64,000 bases of DNA. It comes from Octopus vulgaris. Taxonomy: Eukaryota. The position numbers and the translations under genes are program-made. The notes below the pieces were generated by a model. The model had not been told where the DNA came from and searched no databases. It saw only the letters and a list, made by a program, of their open reading frames with translations. The stretch lies in assembly GCA_951406725.2 (NCBI GenBank), contig OX597834.1, positions 5,952,001-6,016,000 on the forward strand, written 5' to 3'. Below are positions 12,520 to 24,743 of the stretch, piece after piece. Positions within the stretch are counted from its first letter, which is position 1. Each line of letters starts with the position of its first letter.

Positions 12520-12548
12520 TATATATGTGTGTATATATATATATGTAT

Positions 12549-12588
<40 letters not shown>

Positions 12589-12620
12589 GTATATACATAA
12601 ATATGTATATATATATGTAA
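11590..12620. repeat. (TA)n/(TAA)/(CATA)n low-complexity tract
   Basis: Direct inspection. Confidence 0.95.
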
Positions 12621-13122
12621 AATTTACATACAGGATCATATTATCCATGCATCATAAATTAAATGTGTATGAATAAATTTTCTAACTGAATGCATAGAAA
12701 TTGTAAGTACATGTATGCGCATTATTCAATGCAAGATAGCTTTTGTGTAGGGAAGTATAAAAAAAAAAGAAAAAGAGTGGTGGTGGTCGTGGTGGGGAGA
12801 TTTGGAAGTGAGCTTGAGGGGTTCATTACAGTGTAAGAAAGGTTAGAAGGAGAAATTGCATATTAATATCCAATCTGATAAATCCAATAAAATATAAGTG
12901 AAGCAGAAGTACCCCAGCTTCAAGTTAATAGGGGTACTTTCATACAGTATCTCATACAACTTTTATTTTTTGCTTGTTTAAGTCATTGGACTGCAGCCAT
13001 ACTGGAGCACTGCATGATTTGGTTTTTGCTGAATAAAACGTTCTAAGTACTTATTTACATTTTTTAAAGTCTGATATTTGGAGTTATATTCTCTTTCACT
13101 GTTGCTGAAATGATAATCAAGC

Positions 13123-13740
13123 ATAGGTGTGGCCGTGTGGTAAGAAGTTTGATTCCTAGTCACATGGATTTGGGTTCAGTCCCACTGTGTAGCAACTTAA
13201 CCCTTTAGTTACTGTATTTATTTTGAGATGCTGTGTGTTTCTTTCAATTACTTTAAAGATAACAAAGAATTTAGTAAAATAACTTAGTTATCATTAAGCT
13301 AGTGTTAGAAACATAAACTGTGACTAAGGTTTGGTGGAAGATTTTAAATCCAAACTTATGAAAACAAGACATTTGTACTCAGAGCCAGAGCCGGTTTCAG
13401 CCAGGTTGATAATGAAAGGGTTAAGCAAGTATCTTCTGCTGTACACTCAGGCCAACCAAAGCCTTGTAAGTGGACTTGGTAGATGGAAACTGAAAGAAGC
13501 CCATCGTTTATGCATGTGTGTATCTTTGTGTATGTGTTAATCCCCTACCACAACTCGACAACCAGTGTTGGTATTTTGACATCCCCATAACTTAGCAGTT
13601 CAACAAAGGAGACTGATATAATAAGTACTAGACTTTAAAGAGAAAATAAGTACTGGGGTCGATTAGTTTGACTAAAAATTATTCAAGGTGGTGCCCGAGC
13701 ATGGCCGCAGTCTAATGACTGAAAGAAGTAAAAGATAAAA
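13123..13740 (+). mobile_element. Older family A-type SINE interrupted by a TTAA MITE
   Basis: Head at 13123-13196 resumes at 13425 (gcaagtatcttc). Confidence 0.8.
13201..13420. mobile_element. piggyBac-type MITE
   Basis: TTAA|CCCTTT...AAAGGG|TTAA; duplicated TTAA target inside a SINE. Confidence 0.85.
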
Positions 13741-14641
13741 GGGACCAAGATTCGTTGTCATGGGATCAGGAGGACAACCACAAAGACAAACACACACACA
13801 CACACACTTATGCATGTGTGACTACACAAACATACACACACACATATGTGTTCAAAGACAAACAGATCTGAAGCAGCTTTGAAGGAGAAAGGGGGCATAA
13901 CATTGATGAGATCCTAAATAGCAAGGAAAGGACTTTAGCAGACAACTGATTAATTGCTTCTCTGACTGATTAAGCAAGGAAATGATTAGTTAGCTGGCTA
14001 GATAACTAACCAATTGACTAATAATAAAGAAGTGAAGGTGAACCAGTGTGTGTGTGTATATTCATTATTGGCATTGTGACCCTCCAAAAATACAAAAGAA
14101 AAATGAATTATTTCAACATAGGAGTTCACATCTAGAAATATTCAAACCAAATGCGAAAATGAAATGTGTGTGTGTGTGTGCATGTGTGTGCGTGTTTGTG
14201 TGTATACCATCATTATCGTCATCATTTGACATCCATGTCCCATGCTGGCATGGGTTGGACAATTTGACAAGGATCTCATGAGTTGAAGGACTGCATTATG
14301 TTCCAGCATGTTTTCTATGGGGGATGTCCTTCCCAGTGCTAACCCCTTTACAGTATGTACTGGGTGCAATTTTTGTGCCACTAGCCCTATTGAGGTCACC
14401 ATGTTGCTCTCAAGTTAGCAAACCCAACAAGAATGCTGCATTTGTATGTTTGAAGGGGACAGGAGTGGAGGTATGAGGGAAGAGGTTGGGTTAGAGAAGG
14501 TTCTTGTAGAGGGGCTCCATGGCTACTGACATTAAAGAGAGAAAGTGAGAATGAATTGGAAGTGTCTCAAAGGAAATTGACAGTAGTGATGAGGTGTCCA
14601 GGTGGCACCCCAGTTTGCAGGTGCGGTAGTGGGTAGGGGGA

Positions 14642-14672
<31 letters not shown>

Positions 14673-14675
<3 letters not shown>

Positions 14676-14837
14676 CACAGAGTGGCTGTGTGGTAAGTAG
14701 CTTGTTTACCAACCACATGGTTCCGGGTTCAGTCCCACTGTGTGGCATCTTGGGCAAGTGTCTTCTACTGTAGCCTCGGGCCGACCAATGCCTTGTGAGT
14801 GGATTTGGTAGATGGAAACTGAAAGAAGCCCGTCGTA

Positions 14838-14875
<38 letters not shown>

Positions 14876-15099
14876 TGTGTGTATTTGTGTGTCTGTGTTT
14901 GTCCCCCTAGCATTGCTTGACATCCGATGCTGGTGTGTTTATGTCCCCGTTACTTAGCGATTCGGCAAAAGAGACCAATAGAATAAGTACTGGACTTACA
15001 AAAGAATAAGTACTGGGGTCGAGTTGCTCGATTAAAGGCGGTGCTCCAGCATGGCCACAGCCAAATGACTGAAACAAGTAAAAGAGTAAAAGAGTAAAA
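14673..15099 (+). mobile_element. SINE family A, full length, flanked by a long direct repeat
   Basis: Family A consensus; flanks 14584-14672 and 15100-15177 are duplicated. Confidence 0.92.
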
Positions 15100-15779
15100 T
15101 AGTGATGAGGTGTCCAGGTGGCACCTCAGTTTGCAGGTGCAGTAGTGGGTAGGGGGAGTGATATATATATATATATACTGTACCAGTAGATGGCACTGCC
15201 ATATCACATGATTTCCCATTTACTGCTGATTATCAGTGGCAGTTGGCCTCACATTAACTGCCAAAAGGATAATCAGTCATACTGATATAGTATAACAATG
15301 GTTTAGCAGCTAGTGATGTCAGGAAAAGCTAGTGGACTATGAATAAAATTAGCTATTAGTGACAGTAACTGTGTTTGTAAGAAATAATAATTGGTTCGTC
15401 CAAATTAAATTTGATGTGTTGTTTAGGTTGTCTTAAATTGTTGCTAATGTCTATTGATATTATCTCATGTTGACGACATGTGCTAATTAAGCACTGACTG
15501 TATCAGCTGACAAAATTATCATCTGTACCTGTGGATGGCATTACTGTATCAAAGGGTTTCAATGATTTCTGCAGATCAGATACAAAAACCAGAATTGCAC
15601 TAAATGGGAGAAGGTGTGAGAAGATAAATCAGTAGAACTGATGTAGTGTAATGGCCAAACAGCCAGTGATGTCTCAAAAAGCCAGCAGGTTGTGAATAAA
15701 TTAGCCATTAGTGAGGGTAGCAGTGCTTGTAATATATATAAGTTTCCTCACAGTTTCCCTCAGCTAAATTCACTGATAA

Positions 15780-16251
15780 TGGTCATCAAATCTAAGTAGA
15801 GATTTCAAAATTGAAATCTTCAAAGCCACAGTCGAACCAATTCTACTATATGGCTCAGAAACTTGGACGTTATCAAAGAAGCTTGAGAGGCGGTTGGATG
15901 GAACCTACACTTGCCTCCTTATGAGAGCTCAAAATCTCTCGTGGAAGCGTCATCCAACCAAAGTACAAATATATGGGAAATTACCACCTGTATCATCTCT
16001 TGTGAAAGGTAGGAGAGTCCAGTTTGCAGGACATTGTTGTAGAGCTGAAAACGAGGCAATTTCTACTCTTCTCCTCTGGAAGCCACCTGCTCGCAATACC
16101 AGAGGGTGCAGCATCTCCTACCATGATGTAATCTCCAGGGATACAGGCATCCAGCGACAGGACCTCCGTAATGCCATGAAGGACCGTGAAGTCTGGTGTA
16201 GCATGGTAAATTCCATTGTCTCGACCACGGTCAAACAATGATGATGATGAT
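15780..16251 (+). mobile_element. RTE/RTEX-group LINE 3' end
   Basis: KIEIFKATVEPILLYGSETWTLSKKLERRLDGTYTCLLMRAQNLSWKRHPT...RRVQFAGHC...AMKDREVW, then a (gat)n tail. Confidence 0.9.
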
Positions 16252-16479
16252 TCGTCAGCTGGGGGCTAGAGTGGAAGGTACTTGCCCAAGGTGCCACACA
16301 GTGGGACTGAACCTGGAACCATGTGGCTGGGAAGCAAACTTATTACCCCAATGCTACATCTGTACCTCATACAGAAATAGCAGCCGTATCTCTCTTAAAG
16401 CTGATAATCCCTTTTAGAAAGGAATTCCATGTTGGCTAATGAGGTCTTCAATGCACACTGGCTGAAAAATAATATGTAA

Positions 16480-16636
16480 CACTCTCGGAGTGGTTGGCGT
16501 TAGGAAGGGCATCCAGCTCTAGAAACACTGGCAGATCAGACTGGAGCCTGGTGTAACTTTCCGGCTTCCCAGATCCCCGGTTGAACCATCCAACCCATGC
16601 TAGCGTGGAGAACGGACGTTAAACAATGATGATGAT
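16480..16636 (+). mobile_element. SINE family B 3' part
   Basis: ctctcggagtggttggcgttaggaagggcatccagc...ggacgttaaacaatgatgatgat. Confidence 0.85.
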
Positions 16637-16957
16637 TGCCACAACTGGAATGTCTATGATTATAAATGTGACTAACAAAGGCTGAGCAAGGGTTAAGCAA
16701 CATAAAGCAGTAACAATTATCACAACATACAGTGGGGGGAAATAAATATTCGTACATGTCAAAATTCTTTATTTATTTAATTTCTAATGAACATAAATGG
16801 GATATACTAATACTATATTTGCATACACATGCATAAACTAAGAATGTGCAAAAGAAACTAATAAATTATAGTAACTAAGGAATTTATATTCAATTATAAA
16901 TATTTAGGGGTGAAAAAAGTATTCCTACAGAACATAAATAACTGATAATTCTGATTT

Positions 16958-17357
16958 AATACTTCGTAGTATAACCATTATTCAGTTCCACTTCAACCAA
17001 TCTCTTCTTGTAGTTCTTAATCAATGACTGGCATGTTTTTTTAGGAATTTTTTCCCATTCTTCTTGACAAATTTTCTTCAAATCTGCAATGCACATTGGG
17101 GCTCTTGAATGAATTTTAATTTTCAAATATCACCACAAATTTTCAATGGGGTTCAAGTCAGGTGACTGGCTTGGCCATTCTAATAGTTTTATATTGTGAT
17201 CGACAATCCATTTTTGGTAGACTTCTCCATGAGCTTAGGGTCATTATCCTGTTGTAAAACCCATCCTTCACAAAGCTGGAGCTTTTCTACAGAGTCCCAT
17301 AAATTATTGTTCAAAATATTTTGGTACATCTCTGCATTCATTCTACCATCTATCACA
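16958..17357 (-). mobile_element. Tc1-family transposase C-terminal fragment
   Basis: Minus translation VIDGRMNAEMYQNIL...QQDNDPK...[17 protein letters not shown]...CQEEWEKIP...GYTTKY*, with stops and frameshift. Confidence 0.92.
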
Positions 17358-17707
17358 TACTCTTTACTCTCTTTTACTCTTTTACCTGTTTCAGTCGTTT
17401 GACTGTGGCCATGCTGGAGCACCACCTTTAGTCAAGCAAATCGACCCCGGGACTTATTCTTTGTAAGCCCAGTACTTATTCTATCGGTCTCTTTGCTGAA
17501 CCGCTAAGTGACGGGGACGTAAACACACCAGCATTGGTTGTCAAGCAATGCTAGGGGGACAAACACAGACACACAAACATATATATATATGTACATATAT
17601 ACGACAGGCTTCTTTCAGTTTCCGTCTACCAAATCCATTCACAAGGCTTTGGTCAGCCCAAGGCTACATTTAAAAGACACTTGCCCAAGGTGCCATGCAG
17701 TGGGACT
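17358..17707 (-). mobile_element. SINE family A ending in a perfect foldback
   Basis: Family A consensus; see finding at 17665-17751. Confidence 0.9.
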
Positions 17708-18261
17708 CAGTCCCACTGCATGGCACCTTGGGCAAGTGTCTTTTAAATGTAAATAAAATCTTGGTTTGTCTAATTAGCTCATGGCTGAAGATTTGACGAG
17801 AAGAAGAATTTGAAGACTGCATCACCAGGTGAATCTAAATAGCTGACGAAGACTGACTAATATTTTGACTTGTGAAGTTTTAAAATTAACAATATCAAAT
17901 CATAAATCCTGTGTGTGAGTGCATTCAAAAGCTGGTAATTAATTATGGTTATAGATCAAGGCTGGAACGAAGATATTTATAGCTGTATAACCATAAGATA
18001 AGAGAAAGTAGCTGACTTTACGTCTGTGCCATAATTGAAGCTCTTGAACATACCTACCTGCTCCACTTGATGTATTAGTATTGTTACCTGCGAGACTCCA
18101 CTCGTTGAACTATCAGGTAGTCATGGTTAACGATGCTTAAATTCACCTCGTCTGCTGGGAAGTCACGTATTGCATGATTCTAGCCTATTACGACTGCATT
18201 AAAGAAAGATTTCCAGTGAAACAAATTATTGGAAATATAAACGCCATTTTGTTATTTATTT

Positions 18262-18480
18262 TTTCTCTCTTTTACTTGTTTCAGTCATTTGACTGCGGCC
18301 ATGCTGGAGCACCGCCTTTAGTCGAATCAAATCGACCCCAGGAATTATTCTTTTGTAAGCCTAGTACTTATTCTATTGGTCTCTTCTGCCGAACTGCTAA
18401 GTTACAGGGACCTAAACACACCACCATCGGTTGTCAAGTGATGTTGGTGGTGCTGGTGGTGGGGCAAACGCAGATACACA

Positions 18481-18511
<31 letters not shown>

Positions 18512-18827
18512 AATATATACATATATACATACATACATACATACATATATATATATACATATATACATACATACATACATACATACATTTTTTTTTTTTT
18601 TTTTTTTTTACTTGTTTCAGTTATTTGACTGCGGCCATGCTGGAGCACCGCCTTTTAGAGTGGTGAAAGAGTACAGCAGGGATCACCACCATCCCCTGCC
18701 GGAGCCTCGTGGAGCTTTTAGGTGTTTTCGCTCAATAAACACACACAACGCCCGGTCTGGGAATCGAAACCGCGATCCTCCGACCGCAAGTCCGCTGCCC
18801 TAACCACTGGGCCATTGCGCCTCCACA

Positions 18828-18863
<36 letters not shown>

Positions 18864-19037
18864 TACATATATACGACAGGCTTCTTTCAGTTTCCGTCTA
18901 CCAAATCCACTCACAAGGCATTGGTCGGCCCGGGGCTATAGCAGAAGACACTTGCCCAAGGTGCCACACAGTGGGACTGAACCTGGAACCATGTGGTTGG
19001 TAAGCAAGCTACTTACCACACAGCCACTCCTGCACCT
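18262..19037 (-). mobile_element. SINE family A with a second SINE nested in its internal microsatellite
   Basis: Family A halves at 18262-18480 and about 18870-19037. Confidence 0.88.
18588..18826 (-). mobile_element. Chimeric SINE: family E head/body with family A (CR1-type) tail
   Basis: gtggaggcgcaatggcccagtggttagggcagcgg...ctctttcaccactct joined to aaggcggtgctccagcatggccgcagtc...aaacaagtaaaaaaa. Confidence 0.85.
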
Positions 19038-19206
19038 TATATATAAGATAGATACAGTCATAAGTGTGTGGTTAGATGTCTGCTTCCAAACCACTTGGTT
19101 CAGGGTTCAATCCCACTGCATGGCGCTTTGGGCAAGTGTCTTCAACTGTCACCTTGGTCTGATAAAAGTGAGGGAATTTGGTAGACAGAAACCGAAAGAA
19201 GTCCAT

Positions 19207-19257
<51 letters not shown>

Positions 19258-19416
19258 GTGTGAGTGTGTGAATGTGTGTGTGTGTCTTTGTTTGTCCAAT
19301 CCCCACTGCTTGACAATTGGTTTTGGTATGTTTATATCACTCTAACTTAGCGGTTTGGCAAAAAGCCACTGACAGAATAAGAACCAGGCCTTCAAAAGCA
19401 CAACTACTAGGGTTTT

Positions 19417-19736
19417 CGTTTTTGGATTTGGTTTGCAAGATTCTTTATATGAGTTCGTGTGTTGAAGCATATTCTGTTGTGTCTGGGGAGAGTCATTCTC
19501 TTTTAGTGCCTTATTATTTAACACACTCACCGGTAAAATTTCCACTTACTTCTTATTTTTTATTTTCTAAAATTTTCGTTGCATCTTGCAACCTTTTCAA
19601 TAGTCTTGAGTCAAGACTATTGAAAAGAGTCAAGACTATTGAAAATAAAAAATAAGAAGTAAGTGGAAATTTTACCGGTGAGTGTGTTGCATAATAAGGC
19701 ACTAAAAGAGAATGACTCTCCCCAGACACAACAGAA
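19417..19736. mobile_element. Asymmetric inverted-repeat element with hammerhead-like motif (Penelope pLTR-type), family P1 copy 1
   Basis: About 55-nt unique left end plus long inverted arms; 12-bp TSD tactagggtttt (19405-19416, 19737-19748); inserted in an old family A SINE. Confidence 0.8.
19567..19603 (-). ncRNA. Minimal type I hammerhead-like motif, U3-A8 core variant
   Basis: cta-TTGAAAA-g-gttgc(aagat)gcaac-GAAA-attt-tag. Confidence 0.55.
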
Positions 19737-20506
19737 TACTAGGGTTTTGTCGTTCAACTAAAATTTTCCAAAGCAGTGCCCCAGCATGACTACAGTCCCT
19801 TTTTCTCCCTTTCCCTCTATGTCTCTCTCACCCTCTCTCTCTTCACCTTACTCCCTCATTCCTTCCCTCTCTCTCTCTCTCTCTCTCCCACTCGTTCCTC
19901 TGTCCCTCTGATTTCCTTTTTCTTTCTCTCGTATTCCTTAATCCCTTCCCCCCTCTCTTGTATTCTTCAGTCTCTTTTGCTTCCCTTCTTCTCTCTACCT
20001 CCCTTGCACCTTTTTCTCTCTCTCAAGCTTTGGTCCTTCCGATTTCTTTCCCCTCTCTCCTAATCCTTAGTCCTTCTGCCCTCTTCAACTCCTCCTCTCT
20101 CCTAACCACATGATCACTATCTGGTTCAGGCATTTGTCCATTGAATATATATAATTCTATTTCATATGTTACATTCGTCCAATAGATGAAAGACCCTTTC
20201 TGTTGTTTACTTATTTGTTTTCCTATATGTACACTTATTTGCCTTTCCCAGAGGCTTACTGCTTTTAGTCCCTGACCCAGCTAGTTTCAAGTAGTACTGG
20301 AGGTAAGTGGACAAAACTACAAAGACATTCCGGACTCCAGCTGAAGATGCAATTGGCTGCAAATGATCTGTGTGTCTTGTTTTGTCCTGTTTGCTGTTGT
20401 CATGCTATCATCCTTTTTTTCTGCATGTTGTGTTTTGATAGTTTCCATTTGTTGCATTCTTTCTGTTCTACCTTCAATATATATATATACATGTGTGTGT
20501 GTGTGT

Positions 20507-20820
20507 GTGTGGTGTATTGGCCCAGTGGTTAGGGCAGCAGACTCACGGTTGTAGGATTGTGGTTTCAATTCTCAGACGGGGCGTTGTGAGTGTTTATTGA
20601 GCAAAATCACCTAAAAGCTCCATGAGGCTCCGGCAGGGGGTGGTGGCGATTCCTGCTGTACTCTTTCACCATAACTTTCTTTCACTCTTTCTTTGGTTGG
20701 CCTGCTTGCTTAGCCAGCGGGGTGGCATCATTTGAAGGCTAAAACAATGCAGAGCGAATTGTGACCAGCGATGTGTAGCAACATCTGATAGCCTGGCCAG
20801 TCACGGTGATCATGGTGATA
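20507..20820 (+). mobile_element. SINE family E head with a third tail type
   Basis: tggcccagtggttagggcagcagactcacgg...aagctccatgaggctccggcagggg...tail ending cacggtgatcatggtgata. Confidence 0.8.
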
Positions 20821-20904
20821 TATATATATATGAATTTTAAAAAAAAAACACCTTTATCAATTCAAAATGAACAATTAAATTACACCATCTAGAAAATTAC
20901 ATAT

Positions 20905-20975
20905 TTTTATTTTATTTTTTTTATTTTATCTAGTTTCAGCTCACAAGCTGTGGCCATGCTGGGGCACTGTCATTT
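20905..20975 (-). mobile_element. Extreme 3' end of the CR1-group LINE
   Basis: gtgccccagcatggccacagcttgtgagctgaaactagataaaataaaaa, matching 62980-63050. Confidence 0.75.
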
Positions 20976-22635
20976 AATAGAAATACTAAATATAAAATAA
21001 CAACAATATACCGATGATTAAGTAATGTGCAAAATAATAAATAAAATATATATATCTGCACAGGTTGGCTGTATGGTATGAAGTTTGCCTCCCAACCACA
21101 TGGTTCTGGTTCAGTCCCACTGTGTGGCACCTTGAGCAAGTGTTTCCTACTATAGCCTGGGGTCTACCAAAGCCTTGGATATGGATTTCATTGGTGGAAA
21201 CTGAAAGAAATCCATTGTCTGCATAACTTTGTTTCCCCACCACCACCACCACTTGACAACTGGTGCTGGACTATTTACATCCCTGCAACTTAGTAGTTCC
21301 GCAAAAGAGACTGATATGTTTGATATGATAAATAACTTTCTTGTGTTGAAGAGAATTTCAAAGACTTGTAGGGTGGCTGTTTGATTATGTATCACAAATG
21401 AACTACATAGTTGTTTTTTTTTTTTTGATAGGCATTTATTATGCCCAAAGAATTCTTACATTTTTTTTGTGTATTATTTCCACCTCTGAATTGTCTGTGT
21501 TCTAAAATAAAAATAAAAACCATTCTAGGTTAGAGTTGAAGTTTTTATCTGTTTCTATAAAAGCAATTTTACTTTCCATAACGCAAGAAATGTTGCAACA
21601 TTTTGTATAGTTTTAGCTTTAGTTTTAGATATACATATATGTATATTTTTTATTGCATAAGATTTATCTCTGCTGTTTTTATTTTAGTAAATTGTAATAT
21701 GGATTTTCCTTTAAGAAACAATTATTTGGAGGTAGACTTTTATCTATACTGAGAATAATGGAACGATTTTGCCAGCTGGTTATGTCTTCATTGTAAGAAG
21801 TATTACATGTTTAGAATATCTCACACAACAGACAGGGAACAAATAACTATGAGCTTAATGAGTTAATTTGGCTTAACACATTCAATAGAAGGAATATCAG
21901 AAGCAAATTAAAAATAATCATTTGGTGAGGAAAAAGCATTACTAGTCAATGTCTAATATTATTTCAGTCATTCCAGCAAGTCTGGGTGATGAATTCATGC
22001 ATGTTTCAGTTTCATTAAACCTTTTCAGCAAAGCATTGATTTTGCTATTACTGCTCTGGCAAACAAGATACTATGAGCATCAGAATAATTAGGAGAGAAT
22101 CACTAACTAGAGGTGCAAAAACCTGGCTTCTAGAATATAAATCCCAGTAGTTATGAGTTGCTCTTTGGCAAGGCCTGGCCCCTGTTCAGCTGCCCTGCCA
22201 CGGATATGGCAAAGTCGTGGGGCTGCAGCATGGTGGATTGTAAACAGGCAGTAGGAGAACTCAACTGAGCCAATGGTGCTTTTTACATTGAAACTGAGTG
22301 GAGGGTCCCTGGAAGATCATTGGCCAGGATCACCAAGCTCTATCAAGAGAGTAACTGCAACGTAGCCATGAGGGTGGTATCCATGGTTGTGTAATCAGCT
22401 AATGAAAGATTTGTGAATCAAGCTCTCAATTCAAGACAAAAGACAAAATCTGCCAAAGGATGGCTGCGAGTGAGACACCTTGTCTTCATTTAGACATCTT
22501 TCTAGAAGAAAGAAATTCCAAAATAATATCTGCCTTGTTACCAAAATTGAAGATTTTGCTGTTGTTTGTTTCTGGATAACTTCTCTTTGTAGAGGAGAGT
22601 CCTAGTGGGGTTGTGCAAGCTGTTATTGACCTTAA

Positions 22636-23264
22636 CCCTTTACATTTTCATCCGCCCAAATACTTCCCAGAAATTCTCTCTTTACTCTTTTTACTCTTTT
22701 TACTTGTTTCAGTCATTTGACTGCGGCCATGCTGGAGCACCGCCTTTGGTCGATCAAATCGATCCCGGGACTTATTCTTTTGTAAGCCCAGTACTTATTC
22801 TATTGGTCTCTTTTGCCGAACCGCTAAGTAACGGGGACGTAAACACACCAGCATCGGTTGTCAAGCAATGCTAGGGGGACAAACACAGACACACAAACAC
22901 ACACACACACACATATATATATACATATATACGACAGGCTTCTTTCAGTTTCCGTCTACCAAATCCACTCACAAGGCATTGGTCGGCCAGGGGCTATAGC
23001 AGAAGACACTTGCCCAAGATGCCCACACAGTGGGACTGAACCCAGAACCATGTGGCTGGTTAGCAAGCTACTTACCAAACAGCCACTCCTGCGCCTATTC
23101 TCTATTTTATATTAAAACTTCTTACACCTAGCCTACAATGTCATTGTAAAAATAAACAATCACATCATCGAAATGTCCAAGCTACAAAACAAATACACGA
23201 TTAATTTAAAACTATGTGAATAAATAAGCATTCCGTTTGACAGGGTAATCTGGATGCTGAAGGG
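22636..23264. mobile_element. piggyBac-type MITE interrupted by SINE A
   Basis: TTAA|CCCTTT...GAAGGG|TTAA; interior homologous to 24276-24503. Confidence 0.75.
22676..23096 (-). mobile_element. SINE family A, full length
   Basis: Family A consensus on minus. Confidence 0.92.
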
Positions 23265-23433
23265 TTAAGCTTCACTACGGTTATTACTGACATCCATCAT
23301 CTTTAACATCAAGGATAACATAATTTGTCAGTGGTGGCCATACTTGGCTACAAGCTGACAGCTACCATGAATGTATGTATGCATAGATGCTTAAACCTTA
23401 TATCAGAGTTCATTGACAAAGTGTATAAATGTT

Positions 23434-23729
23434 CATTATTTACATTATTTACATTTGACGGATATTTGTCCTCATCTTGTTTGTTGTTAACACAACGTTT
23501 TGGCTGATATACCCTCCAAGCCTTCATCAGCTGTCTTGGGGGAAATTTCGAACCTGGGTTCTCATTCTTAAGGTATTTTTCAATGTTATTATTATTATTA
23601 TTATTGTTGTTATTGTTCTGGTCACTTTTCTGGTCATATACCCGTGGGCATATGGCGTAGTGGTTAAGAGCATGGGCTATTAACCCCAAGATTCTGAGTT
23701 TGATTCCAAGCAGTGACCTGAACAATAAC

Positions 23730-23770
<41 letters not shown>

Positions 23771-23779
23771 TAATAATAA

Positions 23780-23845
<66 letters not shown>

Positions 23846-24018
23846 GATCGAAAAATACCTTAGGAATGAGAACCCAGGTTCGAAATTTCCCCCAAGACAC
23901 CTGATGAAGGCTGGTGGGTATATCAGCTGAAACGTTGTGTTAACAACAAACAAGATGGGGACAAATATCCATCGAATGTAAATAATGTACATAATGCCTC
24001 ATTTCTTAAATATAGAGC
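23434..24018 (+). mobile_element. tRNA-headed, hammerhead-bearing inverted-repeat element (Penelope pLTR-type), family P2
   Basis: Inverted arms 23434-23626 and 23712-23997; 12-bp TSD tgtataaatgtt (23422-23433, 24019-24030); tRNA-like A/B boxes at 23645-23718; (TAA)n linker. Confidence 0.8.
23896..23941 (+). ncRNA. Minimal type I hammerhead ribozyme motif (canonical core)
   Basis: gacac-CTGATGA-a-ggctg(gtgggtatat)cagct-GAAA-cg-TT-gtgtt; palindromic stem III acgt; mutated mirror copy at 23489-23535. Confidence 0.75.
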
Positions 24019-24275
24019 TGTATAAATGTTGGTAAAAAACAAAAGCAAAAAGAAACAAAATCAGGGATGCTTATTTCTTACTCTCACATCTGGAAAGGTG
24101 AGATCTATGTCTTTAGCTCAGTGGAAATTTGTAACCAACTGTTTCAGAAATTGTGATATACTACATAAATAAATGTCATCTGTGTATTATACTTAATGCA
24201 GATACATCTCAACAAAAGACAAATTAACTGCAGTATTTATGTAGGGATAATATCCCTTATCAATGCCCAGTTTAA

Positions 24276-24503
24276 CCCTTTAGCATTTATCATTTAAACT
24301 GGCCATATCTGGCCAAAAGTATTCTGCCTGTTTTATGTTCAAACAGGCCAGATCTGGTCTCTCACACCAACCATACAATATCGTTTTAAAAATTAGCAGC
24401 TACCTCATCGAAATCTCATAGCTACAAGATAATGCATGATTAGTTCAAAACAATGTGGATGAAGAAGCATTAATTTTAGCAGAATTATGCGAACACTAAA
24501 GGG
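24276..24503. mobile_element. piggyBac-type MITE
   Basis: TTAA|CCCTTTAG...CTAAAGGG|TTAA. Confidence 0.88.
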
Positions 24504-24743
24504 TTAAAAACACAGAGGTATATCAGTTGTAGAGGAAAATTGCCCAGCAGTGGTTGTGAGCATGCTAGGTGAGTATTTCTCTCTTGTTAGGCTTCATCAG
24601 TAGCATGTGGTCATTACCAGCTACAAGCTGAGACAAAAATCCATAGCTACTGACATAGGAAAACAGTAGTTGAAAAATTAATGATATTGTGAACAGCCAT
24701 CCATATTATTATTTTTTTTCTTGCATATAGCCCTGTTCAAGAC

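Noticed and set aside
17752-18255. Possible 5' part of the Tc1 element on minus
   Set aside because: No TIR or transposase motif could be identified.
20338-20370. cag-CTGAAGA-tgca..tgca-aatgatctg hammerhead-like string
   Set aside because: GAAA is missing; at best a decayed copy, so it was not counted.
23645-23718. Functional tRNA gene (also considered for the SINE heads)
   Set aside because: Acceptor and anticodon stems pair poorly and the sequence is embedded in a TSD-bounded repeat; treated as a tRNA-derived head.
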